The position numbers were made by a program, and so were the translations under genes. The notes beneath the pieces were generated by a model. That model was not told where the DNA came from, did not search any database, and saw nothing but the letters and a program-made list of their open reading frames with translations. Shown here piece by piece: positions 1-13,195 of a DNA stretch of 64,000 nucleotides. Each line of letters opens with the position of its first letter. Within the stretch, counting starts at the first letter, position 1. The stretch comes from a virus: UHGV virus genome UHGV-2113617. One strand, given 5' to 3'.

Positions 1-161
1 CCTGGATTCACAATTACTAATACTGAACGAGGAGTTTCGGTAATAACACGAACCGATGTTTCTGGAAATCGTTCAGAAACCTTATTTACCAATTCCTGAG
101 CAAATAGTTTAACTTTTTCTTGGAATTCTTTAACAGTAATTGGTTTTTCACTTAGCAGCAT
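1..161 (-). CDS. hypothetical protein, 3-prime end cut by window edge
   Basis: ATG at 161..159 preceded by GAGGAAA; frame stays open to position 1. Confidence 0.35.
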   Translation of the reverse strand, partial: MLLSEKPITVKEFQEKVKLFAQELVNKVSERFPETSVRVITETPRSVLVIVNP

Positions 162-222
162 TTTGTTTTCCTCATTTGTTTGGTAGAGCTATAATATCAC
201 AACTCTACCGTAAAGTAAACTA

Positions 223-498
223 TTAAATTGCTTTGAATTCTGCTGTCTGCGATTCAAAACGAATATCGCCTTTGATGACTAGCTCAGCATCAAGACCGAA
301 TACAACAATGATATGCGCGGAACCTGGATACAGCGTAATGGCAACAGAATCCACCTGGTCTGGAAGCAAAGTGTTCAATACATGAGTCACTTGAGCGTGG
401 ATTCGAAGCTCAGCTGCGTTATCAAGTTTTTCAAACATATTATTAGCGATAATTTGGCTAAACACTACTTCTACGATTTTAGAGTAAGTCGGAAACAT
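223..498 (-). CDS. hypothetical protein (cd-pseT interval)
   Basis: Track ORF 223..528; internal ATG at 498 has a GAGGT SD, so start trimmed. Confidence 0.4.
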   Translation of the reverse strand: MFPTYSKIVEVVFSQIIANNMFEKLDNAAELRIHAQVTHVLNTLLPDQVDSVAITLYPGSAHIIVVFGLDAELVIKGDIRFESQTAEFKAI

Positions 499-562
499 AT
501 TTACCTCACATAATTTTCTTCGAGCCAATTAATAATAGTCCAAGTTTCATGGTGCCAAGCCA

Positions 563-1763
<1,201 letters not shown>

Positions 1764-1767
<4 letters not shown>

Positions 1768-1994
1768 TTATTTTTCTCAACTAATGATTGAATATAATCA
1801 TGTAGGTCTTTAGATGCTTTACCCCACTTATTTTGATATTCATTTTTGAGATTAGCACGTGATTGAGCTAATAAAACATCATTAGTTGGAGGTAAAGATT
1901 CTAATCGCTGAATCTGGCGTCCATAAATCATTGCAGCCATCTCGGATTCATAAATCAATCCTTTGAGATGTTCAAATTGATGCCATGAAATCAT
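1764..1994 (-). CDS. hypothetical protein (pseT.2-like)
   Basis: 76 aa ORF, 4-nt overlaps with both neighbours. Confidence 0.5.
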
Positions 1995-2290
1995 TTACAT
2001 TTATCCTCTTTTAGCTCTTGACGATAATAACATATCATAGTTTTCTGGTCATGTACATATCGTTTTACATCATTAAGCCAAATACGAAATTCCTGGGAAT
2101 CTTCAAATGGCATACCGACCCAAGCTTTACCATCGATAACTTTAACTTGCCAAGATAGTTTAGCTTCATCATATGACTTTATTTGTACAGGCCAATTAGG
2201 ATGAACTGTTTCTTTCTTTACTTCTAGAGGCTTTGTCGAACAACCAACTAGAAGACCAATAGATAATATTACTGCTGATAGTTTAATCAT
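1991..2290 (-). CDS. putative lipoprotein
   Basis: 99 aa; signal peptide with lipobox LLVGCS. Confidence 0.5.
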   Translation of the reverse strand: MIKLSAVILSIGLLVGCSTKPLEVKKETVHPNWPVQIKSYDEAKLSWQVKVIDGKAWVGMPFEDSQEFRIWLNDVKRYVHDQKTMICYYRQELKEDKCK

Positions 2291-2640
2291 TTAGAAAGGT
2301 CCTGGATGTCTTCTGCGAACTTGTTGAAGGAGTTGTTGATTTGTTTTTCAACCAATCCTGGCTTATGAGCCACCACATCCGCCTTCTTTGCGTCTTTGCG
2401 CAGTTTTTCATTTTCACGCTCAATAGCAGCAATTGCCTCACGATTTTTATTATTCATCGCATCAATATAATTATACTGAATTCGCAAATTATTTAATGCT
2501 AAGGCGTTTTCATTGGCCGTTTTTGTAATTTCTACAACAGACGTTTCTAATCTTTCAATTTTATTTTTTAAAATTAAAGAAGTTCCGCCTAATGCAATTA
2601 CAATTAATAGCAAACCTGTTGTCGTATTACTTAATTGCAT
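2287..2640 (-). CDS. hypothetical membrane-anchored protein
   Basis: 117 aa; N-terminal hydrophobic helix then charged helical region. Confidence 0.45.
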   Translation of the reverse strand: MQLSNTTTGLLLIVIALGGTSLILKNKIERLETSVVEITKTANENALALNNLRIQYNYIDAMNNKNREAIAAIERENEKLRKDAKKADVVAHKPGLVEKQINNSFNKFAEDIQDLSK

Positions 2641-3134
2641 AAAGTTTTAATAACCTCTATAATATCGTCTTGAGAAAGACCGTTAATTAAAATATGATGT
2701 TCAGCCGGAGATTTAGAAATTTTAAAGCATGCCTCAACATCTTCTGCCATATCCGATGCACTACGATTTGGATTACTAATCCCAAGGCGGTGTTTTCCCG
2801 TCAAAGGATTAACAATAATGTAGCATTTACAACTATTGATATGAACATTAGGTTGAGTCTGATTAATGAACACTTCACAATCATACTTAGCGAGTTGATT
2901 TTCTAAAAAGACTTTCATCTCTTCAACCGCATCAGGAAGCATATCACGGGCTTGCTCAAGACGACGATTTCGATATTCTTTAATGGTCGTTTTCCGCTTG
3001 ACTTGCTTAGCTAAATCTTTCTTAAGATCAGTGATATATCCAACTCGACGATTTCCTTTGAATACAGAAATCCCATCTGTAGTATCACCGTATGCTTCAA
3101 CGACCATTTCAGTAGTAATAAGTTGTAAATCCAT
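2631..3134 (-). CDS. alc: Alc, host transcription unfolding/termination protein
   Basis: Matches recalled T4 Alc (MDLQLITTEMVVEAYG..); lies between pseT and rnlA as in T4. Confidence 0.8.
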   Translation of the reverse strand: MDLQLITTEMVVEAYGDTTDGISVFKGNRRVGYITDLKKDLAKQVKRKTTIKEYRNRRLEQARDMLPDAVEEMKVFLENQLAKYDCEVFINQTQPNVHINSCKCYIIVNPLTGKHRLGISNPNRSASDMAEDVEACFKISKSPAEHHILINGLSQDDIIEVIKTLCN

Positions 3135-3198
3135 CATGAAGTCCTCATGTTATGTCAGTAAGATTATTATAACACAACACGAGGGACTTGTAAACAGC

Positions 3199-4786
<1,588 letters not shown>

Positions 4787-4813
4787 AATAAAATGGGCCT
4801 TGCGGCCCACTCC

Positions 4814-5992
4814 TTAAAAATATTTTTTAAAACTCATCATAACTTTATCATCAACATCATTATCAATCTGTGCTACAAGGTAAGATGACAGTTCTACTTC
4901 TTGCGGCGCGGATTGAACATTATCAGAATTAAGGTATTCACGAATCCAAGGATATGGATGTTTAACCGGAGCATCGGTAATTGGGCATGGAAGACCGCAC
5001 TGTTTCATACGAGATACAGTTAAGTAATCAATAAAGCTCCACATGCTATTTGTATTTAATCCAGGAACATCGCCATCTTTAAATAAATGAACTGCCCAGT
5101 CTTTTTCTTGACGGTTAACTTCCATGAAAATATCAACTGCTTCTTGTTCACACTCTTGGGCAATTTTACCCCATTCATCACCATCAGTACCGGATTGAAG
5201 CTGACGAATAATATATTGGGTGCCTTTAAGGTGGAGCTGCTCATCACGAGCAATGAACTTCATAATCTTGGCATTACCTTCCATGATTTCCATATTCTTG
5301 TGGAAGTTAAAGGTACATGCAAAAGATACATAAAAACGAATAGCTTCTAAGGCATTAATAACGTGCAAACAGAGGTAAAGAGATTTCATTAGCTCACGCT
5401 TCCAATATGTCTCATGCTCAATAGCATCTTCAATAACGTCTTCGTCTGCATTAATTTCTTTTTGGTATTCGATATCAGCTTTAGCGTTTTCCCAATAACG
5501 GGTTTTAGTCAGAACATCATCATAATAGCGTCCAATGGATTCAGCACGTTTCATAATAGCTTCATCTAATACAATTTCATCAAATACCTTCGATGGATCA
5601 GTATAAAGATTTCGCATGATATGTGTATATGAACGGCTGTGAATAGTTTCACTAAAAGTCCACGTAGCAACCCATGTATCAAGGCTTGGGTCTGAAATTA
5701 ATGACATAAGTACAGCAGACGGCGCACGACCCTGAATGCTATCCAAAAGTGATTGATACTTCAGATTATTAGTAAAAATATTTTGCTGATACTGAGGAAG
5801 CTTATTAAACTGTGCAGCATCCATCATTAAGTTTACTTCTTCAGGACGCCAGAAAAATGATAAGGACTTCTCTGTAAGTTCTTCAAATACTCGATGCCGT
5901 TGAATATCATAACGTGCAATACCAAGACCTGAACCAAAAAACATAGGTTCTTTTAAAACATCAACTGGATTTGTATTAAAAACTGTGCTCAT
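4814..5992 (-). CDS. nrdB: ribonucleotide reductase small subunit
   Basis: 392 aa single uninterrupted ORF; strong match to recalled T4 NrdB; no intron here. Confidence 0.95.
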   Translation of the reverse strand: MSTVFNTNPVDVLKEPMFFGSGLGIARYDIQRHRVFEELTEKSLSFFWRPEEVNLMMDAAQFNKLPQYQQNIFTNNLKYQSLLDSIQGRAPSAVLMSLISDPSLDTWVATWTFSETIHSRSYTHIMRNLYTDPSKVFDEIVLDEAIMKRAESIGRYYDDVLTKTRYWENAKADIEYQKEINADEDVIEDAIEHETYWKRELMKSLYLCLHVINALEAIRFYVSFACTFNFHKNMEIMEGNAKIMKFIARDEQLHLKGTQYIIRQLQSGTDGDEWGKIAQECEQEAVDIFMEVNRQEKDWAVHLFKDGDVPGLNTNSMWSFIDYLTVSRMKQCGLPCPITDAPVKHPYPWIREYLNSDNVQSAPQEVELSSYLVAQIDNDVDDKVMMSFKKYF

Positions 5993-6043
5993 AAATTTTC
6001 CGCTTAGTTAATAGTTAGTGACTCGTCCGTGAGTCAAATTATA

Positions 6044-7033
6044 TCATAATTTACAGGATGAACAATCTTCAGCTTTTGGAGTTTCTATTTCATAATCATC
6101 AGTACCAGAACCATCGCGGGTATTATGATAATAGAAATTTTTTCCGCCAAAATACCAAAAATACAAAAGGTCATCAATCATTACAGACATTGGAACCTTT
6201 CCTTTTGGAAAAATCTGCGGGTCATAATATGTATTCGCTGAAGCTGATTGACATACCCATTTAAGCATAATAGCTACCTGCGTAAGATAAGGTTTATTAC
6301 CTTTCTTAGCTAATTTCCATGTATAATCATAGAGGTCTATGTTATGTTCAATATTGGGCACGACTTGATTAAAGGAACCCTCTTTTGATTCTTTAACCGA
6401 GACTGGTCCACGTGGAGGCTCGATACCGTTTGTACTGTTAGAAACTTGGGAAGATGACTCACATGGCATAAGTGCTGATAATGTGCTATTACGGATGCCA
6501 AAGAGCTTAAGGTCTTCCCGCAGCGACGACCAGTCACAAACGTATTTTGGAGCTGCGATTTGGTCAATCTTTTTATTGTACCAGTCGATAGGTAATTCGC
6601 CTCGAGACCAACGAGTGTCTGAATAATATTCGCAAGGTCCTTTTTCTTTGGCGAGTTTAATGGATGCTTTAATGAGTCCATACTGTAATCTCTCAAATAG
6701 TTCATGTGTTAAATCGTTAGCATCTTCATAAGAAGCAAAGTTACTTGCCAGCCAAGCTGCATAGTTAGTAACACCTACGCCAAGGTTTCGACGCTTTTTA
6801 GCTTTTTCTGCTTCAGGAACTGGATATCCTTGGTAATCCAACAGATTATCAAGAGCACGAACTTGAACTTCTGCCAATTCATTAATTTTATCTTGGTCTT
6901 GCCAATCGAAGTTATCCAACACAAATGCGCTAAGGGTACAAAGCCCCACTTCTCCCTTGTTTTCAATAACTTCTATTGTAGTATACTCATCATCTTCGTA
7001 AAATTCATCTACAAATTCATAATCAATATTCAT
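6044..7033 (-). CDS. nrdA: ribonucleotide reductase large subunit, C-terminal fragment
   Basis: 329 aa; from GEVGLCTLSAF onward collinear with class Ia NrdA C-terminus incl. terminal CSSCKL; own ATG with AGGTAGAAG SD. Confidence 0.9.
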   Translation of the reverse strand: MNIDYEFVDEFYEDDEYTTIEVIENKGEVGLCTLSAFVLDNFDWQDQDKINELAEVQVRALDNLLDYQGYPVPEAEKAKKRRNLGVGVTNYAAWLASNFASYEDANDLTHELFERLQYGLIKASIKLAKEKGPCEYYSDTRWSRGELPIDWYNKKIDQIAAPKYVCDWSSLREDLKLFGIRNSTLSALMPCESSSQVSNSTNGIEPPRGPVSVKESKEGSFNQVVPNIEHNIDLYDYTWKLAKKGNKPYLTQVAIMLKWVCQSASANTYYDPQIFPKGKVPMSVMIDDLLYFWYFGGKNFYYHNTRDGSGTDDYEIETPKAEDCSSCKL

Positions 7034-7733
7034 TTAATTCTTCTACCTTTTTTCTAGTAATTCCTAAAGCTTTAGATGCTCGATGTATTGATTGATATTC
7101 TATACCGTTTATTTTTACAGCAATTAAGTTATGGGGTTTTAATCCCTTTGGATGAGGTTTACTGACGAAAACTAAATTATCAAGCTCTGAAATCTTATCC
7201 AATTTCTTACACTTAAATCCTTTGTGATGCGCCCGTTTACCTTTACAAACGGCTGACATCGCAGATGGATTTAAATTATGCTCTTTACAAAATTCGTTAA
7301 GACCTCGATGAATTTCCTCATGACCATCTGGAAATGTAAACACCCAAGACGTTTGAAGTCGAGATTTAACTTCTGGAGACATAGGAATACCTTTGTTCCA
7401 GGCCGGTTTGCCTTTATTATTTTCAGATACAGAAATAGCCAATTTTCTTCTAAGCCATCCATGACGTTTATTAGTGTTCTTTCGTTCAATATTATCTTCA
7501 GAATAAACACACATCATATTAGCGGCAAATATCAATTTATGATTATCTGGATATATCTTTACTAATAATTGATGAGCTATGTAATGCTCTTCTGGTGTCA
7601 AATCTACCAGGTTTTCTTTTGTATCAGAACCACCAATACACAGAGGTATAATATGATGTGATTCGGTATAGCAATCTAATTTTCTGTTCTTAGCTTTAGA
7701 AATAAGGTTATTGTAAATTTTAGAATAATCCAT
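7023..7733 (-). CDS. HNH homing endonuclease (MobE-like) inserted within nrdA
   Basis: 236 aa; HNH motif ESHHIIPLCIGGSDTKENLVDLTPEEHYIAH; stop overlaps the ATG of the downstream nrdA fragment by 10 nt. Confidence 0.85.
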   Translation of the reverse strand: MDYSKIYNNLISKAKNRKLDCYTESHHIIPLCIGGSDTKENLVDLTPEEHYIAHQLLVKIYPDNHKLIFAANMMCVYSEDNIERKNTNKRHGWLRRKLAISVSENNKGKPAWNKGIPMSPEVKSRLQTSWVFTFPDGHEEIHRGLNEFCKEHNLNPSAMSAVCKGKRAHHKGFKCKKLDKISELDNLVFVSKPHPKGLKPHNLIAVKINGIEYQSIHRASKALGITRKKVEELNEY

Positions 7734-7778
7734 AACTTTTCCTCTTGTTATGGATTATTTATTAACGGTCTGTGTACT

Positions 7779-9212
7779 TTATTTGCTTTGAATTATACCG
7801 CCAGGATTAGCTTCATAAAACTTAGCTACATCCGACTTCTTAATTTTAATTAAACGGGTTTGTTGACTATTCACATCATTTGTTGGAATAGCAATTTCAC
7901 AACACAAGTTACTCTGACGAATAGGTGCCTTTTCACGAATAAACGGAGTATAATTATTCGTATTATCAATGAACTGCACATAAATCCTTGCTGTTCCTGA
8001 TCGTTCAGTCATGAGTAATTCAAATAGTTCACGGGCTTTAATACGCTTTTTGCGAATATTAGGGTCTTTTTCTGCTGCTTCGTATAATTCGCGGAAACGG
8101 TCTTGGTCTTTAAAATAAGAATAATAAAGCTCGCCACCCATTTCATGCGGACTAAACAAAGTAATGTAATCGTTCTTTCCGAATCGTTCCATCATTAGGT
8201 CATTCAGCTGAACACCATAATCCATATGACGGATACGGTTTTCTTCTACACCTTTGTTATTTTTCAAAACGAGAAGATTTTCAACTTCCAAATGCCAAAT
8301 AGGATAATAAGCAGTAGCAGCGCCGCCACGAATTCCGCCCTGTGAACATGATTTAACAGCAGTCTGAAAATGTTTCCAAAAAGGAATAACGCCAGTATGA
8401 CGTACTTCACCTGTGCCAATCTTAGAACCTTCGGCACGAATCATACCAACGTTAATACCGATTCCGGCTCGTTTAGAAATATACTCAACAATTGAAGCAG
8501 AAGCTTTATTGATAGACTTCAGCGAATCACCTGCTTCAATAACAACGCATGAACTAAACTGTCGAGTTGGAGTACGACATCCAGCCATAATAGGAGTTGG
8601 CAATGAAATCTGTCGAGTAGATACTGCTTCATAAAAACGAATAACATGTTTTAATCTGTCAACAGGTTCATCTTGATGCAATGCCATTCCAATAGTCATA
8701 AATGCAAACTGTGGAGTTTCATAAATTTGACCAGTGGTTTTATCTTTAACGAGATATTTTTCTTTTAATTGCATCGCCCCGGAATAAGTAAATTCCATAT
8801 CCCGCTCGTGCTTAATTTTTGATTCTAAAAATGTAATTTCTTCTGCAGAATATTTTGACAACAATTCAGGGTCGTATTTACCTTCATTTACACAGTAAGA
8901 AATATGGTCAATAAATGAACGTGGTTCATATTGCCCGTAAACATGCTTACGAAGAGCAAACATTAAACAGCGTGCAGCTACGTATTGATAATCAGGCTCT
9001 TCAACTGAAATAGAATTCGCAGCAGCCTTAATTACAATGGTTTGAATGTCATCAGTGGTCATTCCATCGCGGAGATATGATTTAATATTTTCATATAATT
9101 CATAAGGATCTACAGATGTTCCTTCAGCTGCCCAAGATAAAACTTTAATAATTTTTTGTGGGTCAAAGCTCTGAGAAACACCACTACTTTTGATAACATT
9201 AATTAATTGCAT
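7779..9212 (-). CDS. nrdA: ribonucleotide reductase large subunit, N-terminal fragment
   Basis: 477 aa; collinear with NrdA up to active-site NLCCEIAIPTNDVN, then 29 non-homologous residues before the stop. Confidence 0.9.
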   Translation of the reverse strand: MQLINVIKSSGVSQSFDPQKIIKVLSWAAEGTSVDPYELYENIKSYLRDGMTTDDIQTIVIKAAANSISVEEPDYQYVAARCLMFALRKHVYGQYEPRSFIDHISYCVNEGKYDPELLSKYSAEEITFLESKIKHERDMEFTYSGAMQLKEKYLVKDKTTGQIYETPQFAFMTIGMALHQDEPVDRLKHVIRFYEAVSTRQISLPTPIMAGCRTPTRQFSSCVVIEAGDSLKSINKASASIVEYISKRAGIGINVGMIRAEGSKIGTGEVRHTGVIPFWKHFQTAVKSCSQGGIRGGAATAYYPIWHLEVENLLVLKNNKGVEENRIRHMDYGVQLNDLMMERFGKNDYITLFSPHEMGGELYYSYFKDQDRFRELYEAAEKDPNIRKKRIKARELFELLMTERSGTARIYVQFIDNTNNYTPFIREKAPIRQSNLCCEIAIPTNDVNSQQTRLIKIKKSDVAKFYEANPGGIIQSK

Positions 9213-9529
9213 AAGTCCTCAACTTGAAAATCGTCTTTAAACAATCGGTTAACTATATGAGCTATTATATCACCATGACACGGCTTTGGTTTACATGTGC
9301 ATCCTAGCCTCATTCCACGTAAAGGCTCTAAATGTGCTTTAGTTATTTCTCCGGATTTAATTCGACGTATAAAATCTTTTTTAAATAATTCAATGGCAGC
9401 CTCCCGGCTGCCAGCATCTTTACCGACGTAATTTCCCCAAAATGTACCGCGGTGAATATTAACATCAAAGTCGGATTTGTATTTATTCACTACCCGGCAT
9501 AGACGGCCCACGCTGGAATAATTCGTCAT
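9203..9529 (-). CDS. hypothetical protein (nrdA.1-like)
   Basis: 108 aa ORF between td and nrdA. Confidence 0.45.
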   Translation of the reverse strand: MTNYSSVGRLCRVVNKYKSDFDVNIHRGTFWGNYVGKDAGSREAAIELFKKDFIRRIKSGEITKAHLEPLRGMRLGCTCKPKPCHGDIIAHIVNRLFKDDFQVEDLCN

Positions 9530-9758
9530 ATTGTTTTTCCGTTAAAACAGTAATATCGTAGTAACAATCAGAAGAAGTTTTAACTGTGGAAATTTTATTA
9601 TCAAAATACTCACGAGTCATTTTATGAGTATAATATTTTTTGCCATAAATTATAATAGGCTGATTTGGTCCTGGAACTTCTAACTCGCTTGGGTTAGGAA
9701 GTGTAAAAAGAACTACACCAGAAGTATCTTTAAATCGTAAAATCATATATCCTCGCAA
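9483..9758 (-). CDS. hypothetical protein (nrdA.2-like)
   Basis: 91 aa ORF between td and nrdA; true start may be internal. Confidence 0.4.
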   Translation of the reverse strand: MRGYMILRFKDTSGVVLFTLPNPSELEVPGPNQPIIIYGKKYYTHKMTREYFDNKISTVKTSSDCYYDITVLTEKQYDELFQRGPSMPGSE

Positions 9759-9769
9759 TTAAATTAAAA

Positions 9770-10081
9770 TTACACCGCCATTTTTCCTTTCAAGACACCA
9801 TGGGACTGATAATCTTTAAGAACGAAATCTTTAGGCCTGAGTTTAAGAACATATTCCAATTGTTCTTTAGTAGAAAGATAGCGGAATTTATAAGGCAATC
9901 CGCCTATTATCAGTTCACAAAGCTCTTTAGGTTCACGACGCAAAATTTCTTTACATTGTTCTACGTGATTCATATAGATATGAGTATTACCACCAGAAAA
10001 TATCAAATCTCCTGGAATAAGATTACACATCTTAGCTACAATATGAACTAACGCAGCGTACGAGGCAATGTTGAATGGAAG
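9770..10081 (-). CDS. td: thymidylate synthase, exon 2
   Basis: LPFNIASYAALVHIVAKMCNL..GKMAV matches recalled T4 TS C-terminus; the ATG in the track ORF is the last 3 nt of the intron. Confidence 0.9.
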   Translation of the reverse strand, partial: LPFNIASYAALVHIVAKMCNLIPGDLIFSGGNTHIYMNHVEQCKEILRREPKELCELIIGGLPYKFRYLSTKEQLEYVLKLRPKDFVLKDYQSHGVLKGKMAV

Positions 10082-11097
10082 CATTATGTTCAGATAAGGT
10101 CGTTAATCTTATCCCGGAATTATATCCAGCTGCATGTCACCATGCAGAGCAGACTATATCTCCAACTTGTTAAAGCAAGTTGTCTATCGTTTCGAGTCAC
10201 TTGACCCTACTCCCTAAAGGGATAGTCGTTAGGCATTTATGTAGAACCAATTCCACTTATCAGATTTTACACGGTAAGTAACTAATCCGGATGAAATTTC
10301 AAAATGTCTAGCTGCGTCAGCTGCACATTCAAAAATAACCCCATCACATGAAATCTTTTTAATATTACTAGGCTTTTTACCTTTCATCTTTTCTGATATT
10401 TTAGATTTAGTTTTGTCTGAATGCTTATGATTAAAGAATGAATTATTTTCGCCTGAACGATTTCTGCATTTACTACAAGTATAAGCAGAAGTTTGTATAC
10501 GAACCCCACATTCACAAAACTTATGGGTTTCTGGATTCCAACGCCCATTTTTGCTTCCGGGTTTACCGTAAAGAGCTTTCCGACCATCAGAGCCAAGCTT
10601 AAGCATCTTAGCTTTAACAGTTTCAGAGCGTTTCTTAATAATTTCTTCTTTTAATGGATGTACAGAATATGTATCACCAAACGTTGCATCAGCAATATTG
10701 TATCCATTAATTTTAGAATTAAGCTCTTTAATCCAAAAATTTTCTCGTTCAATAATCAAATCTTTCTCATATGGAATTTCTTCCAAAATAGAGCATTCAA
10801 ACACATTACCGTGTTTATTAAAAGACCTTTGAAGTTTTATAGAAGAATGGCATCCTTTTTCTAAGTCTTTAAAATGCCTCTTCCATCTCTTTTCAAAATC
10901 TTTAGCACTTCCTACATATACTTTATTGTTTAAAGTATTTTTAATCTGATAAATTCCACTTTTCATAAATACCTCTTTAAATATAGAAGTATTTATTAAA
11001 GGGTAGTCCTACAATTTAGCACGGGATTGTCTACTAGAGAGGTTCCCCGTTTAGATAGATTACAAGTATAAGTCACCTTATACTCAGGCCTCAATTA
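10082..11097 (-). mobile_element. group I self-splicing intron of td
   Basis: 1016 nt between td exons; 5-prime end TAATTGAGGCCTGAGTATAAGGTGACTTATAC.. matches recalled T4 td intron; begins with in-frame TAA. Confidence 0.9.
10229..10966 (-). CDS. intron-encoded GIY-YIG homing endonuclease I-TevI
   Basis: 245 aa; MKSGIYQIKNTLNNKVYVGSAKDFEKRWKRH.. near-identical to recalled I-TevI. Confidence 0.95.
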   Translation of the reverse strand: MKSGIYQIKNTLNNKVYVGSAKDFEKRWKRHFKDLEKGCHSSIKLQRSFNKHGNVFECSILEEIPYEKDLIIERENFWIKELNSKINGYNIADATFGDTYSVHPLKEEIIKKRSETVKAKMLKLGSDGRKALYGKPGSKNGRWNPETHKFCECGVRIQTSAYTCSKCRNRSGENNSFFNHKHSDKTKSKISEKMKGKKPSNIKKISCDGVIFECAADAARHFEISSGLVTYRVKSDKWNWFYINA

Positions 11098-11646
11098 ACC
11101 CAAGAAAACATCTACAGAACGTTGATACCACTGCAAATCCAAATAGCCATTACGCACATTAAACTGATAGAACATATGACAGGGCGGTAATGCCATTTGA
11201 TTGATTTCAGCTGGATTCCATGCTGAAACGATTTGACGTCGATCAGTTGGTAATTTTTTAATACGATCAATAGTTTCAACTAATTGGTCCACACCGCCGA
11301 AATCACGCCATTGTTTACCGTATATAGGACCAAGTTCACCACTATGATATCCTAAATCTTTTGCTTGGTTTTCGTAATTTTCATCCCAGACTGTTTTGCC
11401 TTGAATTAATGAATCGTGTTGAATTAATCGTAAATCATTGACATTTGTGCTTCCTGATAAAAACCAAAGGAGCTCAGCAATGCAAGCTTTCCAGGCGAGC
11501 TTCTTAGTTGTTACTGCAGGAAAACCTTTACTTAAATCCCAGCGTAATTTAGTACCGAACAAGGCAATTGTTCCTGTGCCTGTTCGATCATCTGTTTCAT
11601 AGCCATTTTCAAAAATGTCTTTAATTAAATCTTGGTATTGTTTCAT
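11098..11646 (-). CDS. td: thymidylate synthase, exon 1
   Basis: MKQYQDLIKDIFENGYETDDRTGTGT.. matches recalled T4 TS N-terminus; ends VDVFLG at the splice site. Confidence 0.9.
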
Positions 11647-11683
11647 TTAGTACCTTATATAAATTATAATACATTTTATGAAG

Positions 11684-12037
11684 CTAAATAATCAATGGTT
11701 TAGCATCAAATTTTCTTTCAATTTCAGGTGTGAAATATAATTCTTTACCGCGTTTGGAAAAGCGACCAATAATATGATAATTATTCTCATCAAACGTAAT
11801 ATTGCCAATATCCATAGCTTTCAACCAAATATCGATATTTCTGTCAAGCTTTATATCAAAATTCCAATACGGAGAACTATTACCGAAAATACTGCAAGCG
11901 GATTCAGTGAAACAACTGCTATAAATCTTGTCTTTAGGAACTACTAATTGATAGACGCCTTTAATAAACTGAGGACCCTGCCATTTTGGTTGTTTTGCGT
12001 CTTTTTCTAATAGAATAGGATAATAATTAAAGTTCAT
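11684..12037 (-). CDS. hypothetical protein in the frd-td interval
   Basis: 117 aa from ATG 12037 (track used an upstream GTG at 12049); no recognisable motif. Confidence 0.45.
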   Translation of the reverse strand: MNFNYYPILLEKDAKQPKWQGPQFIKGVYQLVVPKDKIYSSCFTESACSIFGNSSPYWNFDIKLDRNIDIWLKAMDIGNITFDENNYHIIGRFSKRGKELYFTPEIERKFDAKPLII

Positions 12038-12057
12038 ATTTTCCGCCACGCGTTATT

Positions 12058-12642
<585 letters not shown>

Positions 12643-12885
12643 TCAAAACCCCCTTTCAATAAACCATTCAGCGGCTTTATTAGCATCAAAGAATAATTCT
12701 TCATATGTCTTTTCTTTGTTTTCAAAAACTGTCACACAAACACGTTGACATTCTCCACAGTATTCTTCTGACATACTCAAAGCGTCAGAAAACATTTCAT
12801 TAAATTCATTTAAATCAGGATTATGCAATGCGTTAAAAATTGCATAATCGAATTCATCATTCATAAATTCAAATACAAAAATCAT
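12643..12885 (-). CDS. hypothetical protein (frd.1-like)
   Basis: Track ORF 12643..13074 trimmed to internal ATG 12885 with AAGGA SD; avoids overlap with next ORF. Confidence 0.4.
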   Translation of the reverse strand: MIFVFEFMNDEFDYAIFNALHNPDLNEFNEMFSDALSMSEEYCGECQRVCVTVFENKEKTYEELFFDANKAAEWFIERGF

Positions 12886-12895
12886 ATTATTTTCC

Positions 12896-13138
12896 TTAAA
12901 CAGACTTTTTCGCAATTTTCCAATCAGCTTTAAACTGTTCAACGTCAGAATGGTAAATCCAGAATCCTGCGCTTTCTCCATCCTCATAAAGAGGGCATCC
13001 ATCGCATTCATCTTCCCATCCCATATCACGTAAAAGTTGTTCAGCTTTTTCAACAAGTTCAGAATCTTTACCAATGATATTAAAATACCATTTACCTTTA
13101 ACTTCTGAATCTTTGATGCTCTGACGTTGTAATCTCAT
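12896..13138 (-). CDS. hypothetical protein (frd.2-like)
   Basis: Track ORF 12896..13195 trimmed to internal ATG 13138 with AAGGAG SD. Confidence 0.4.
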   Translation of the reverse strand: MRLQRQSIKDSEVKGKWYFNIIGKDSELVEKAEQLLRDMGWEDECDGCPLYEDGESAGFWIYHSDVEQFKADWKIAKKSV

Positions 13139-13195
13139 TTTATTCTCCTTAGTTGATAAGGCTATAGTATCACTACTATAGCCCGTTGTAAACAA

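Noticed and set aside
4814-5992. nrdB intron with I-TevIII as in T4
   Set aside because: nrdB is one continuous 392-aa ORF with no interruption.
6044-9212. Group I intron or intein as the cause of the nrdA interruption
   Set aside because: Non-coding sequence flanking the HNH ORF is too short for a group I core and the HNH stop overlaps the downstream nrdA start; no intein splicing motifs bracket the insert.
12643-13195. Full-length track ORFs 12643..13074 and 12896..13195 overlapping by ~180 nt
   Set aside because: Both have internal ATGs with good SD sequences (12885 and 13138) that resolve the overlap; the longer versions are likely over-extensions.
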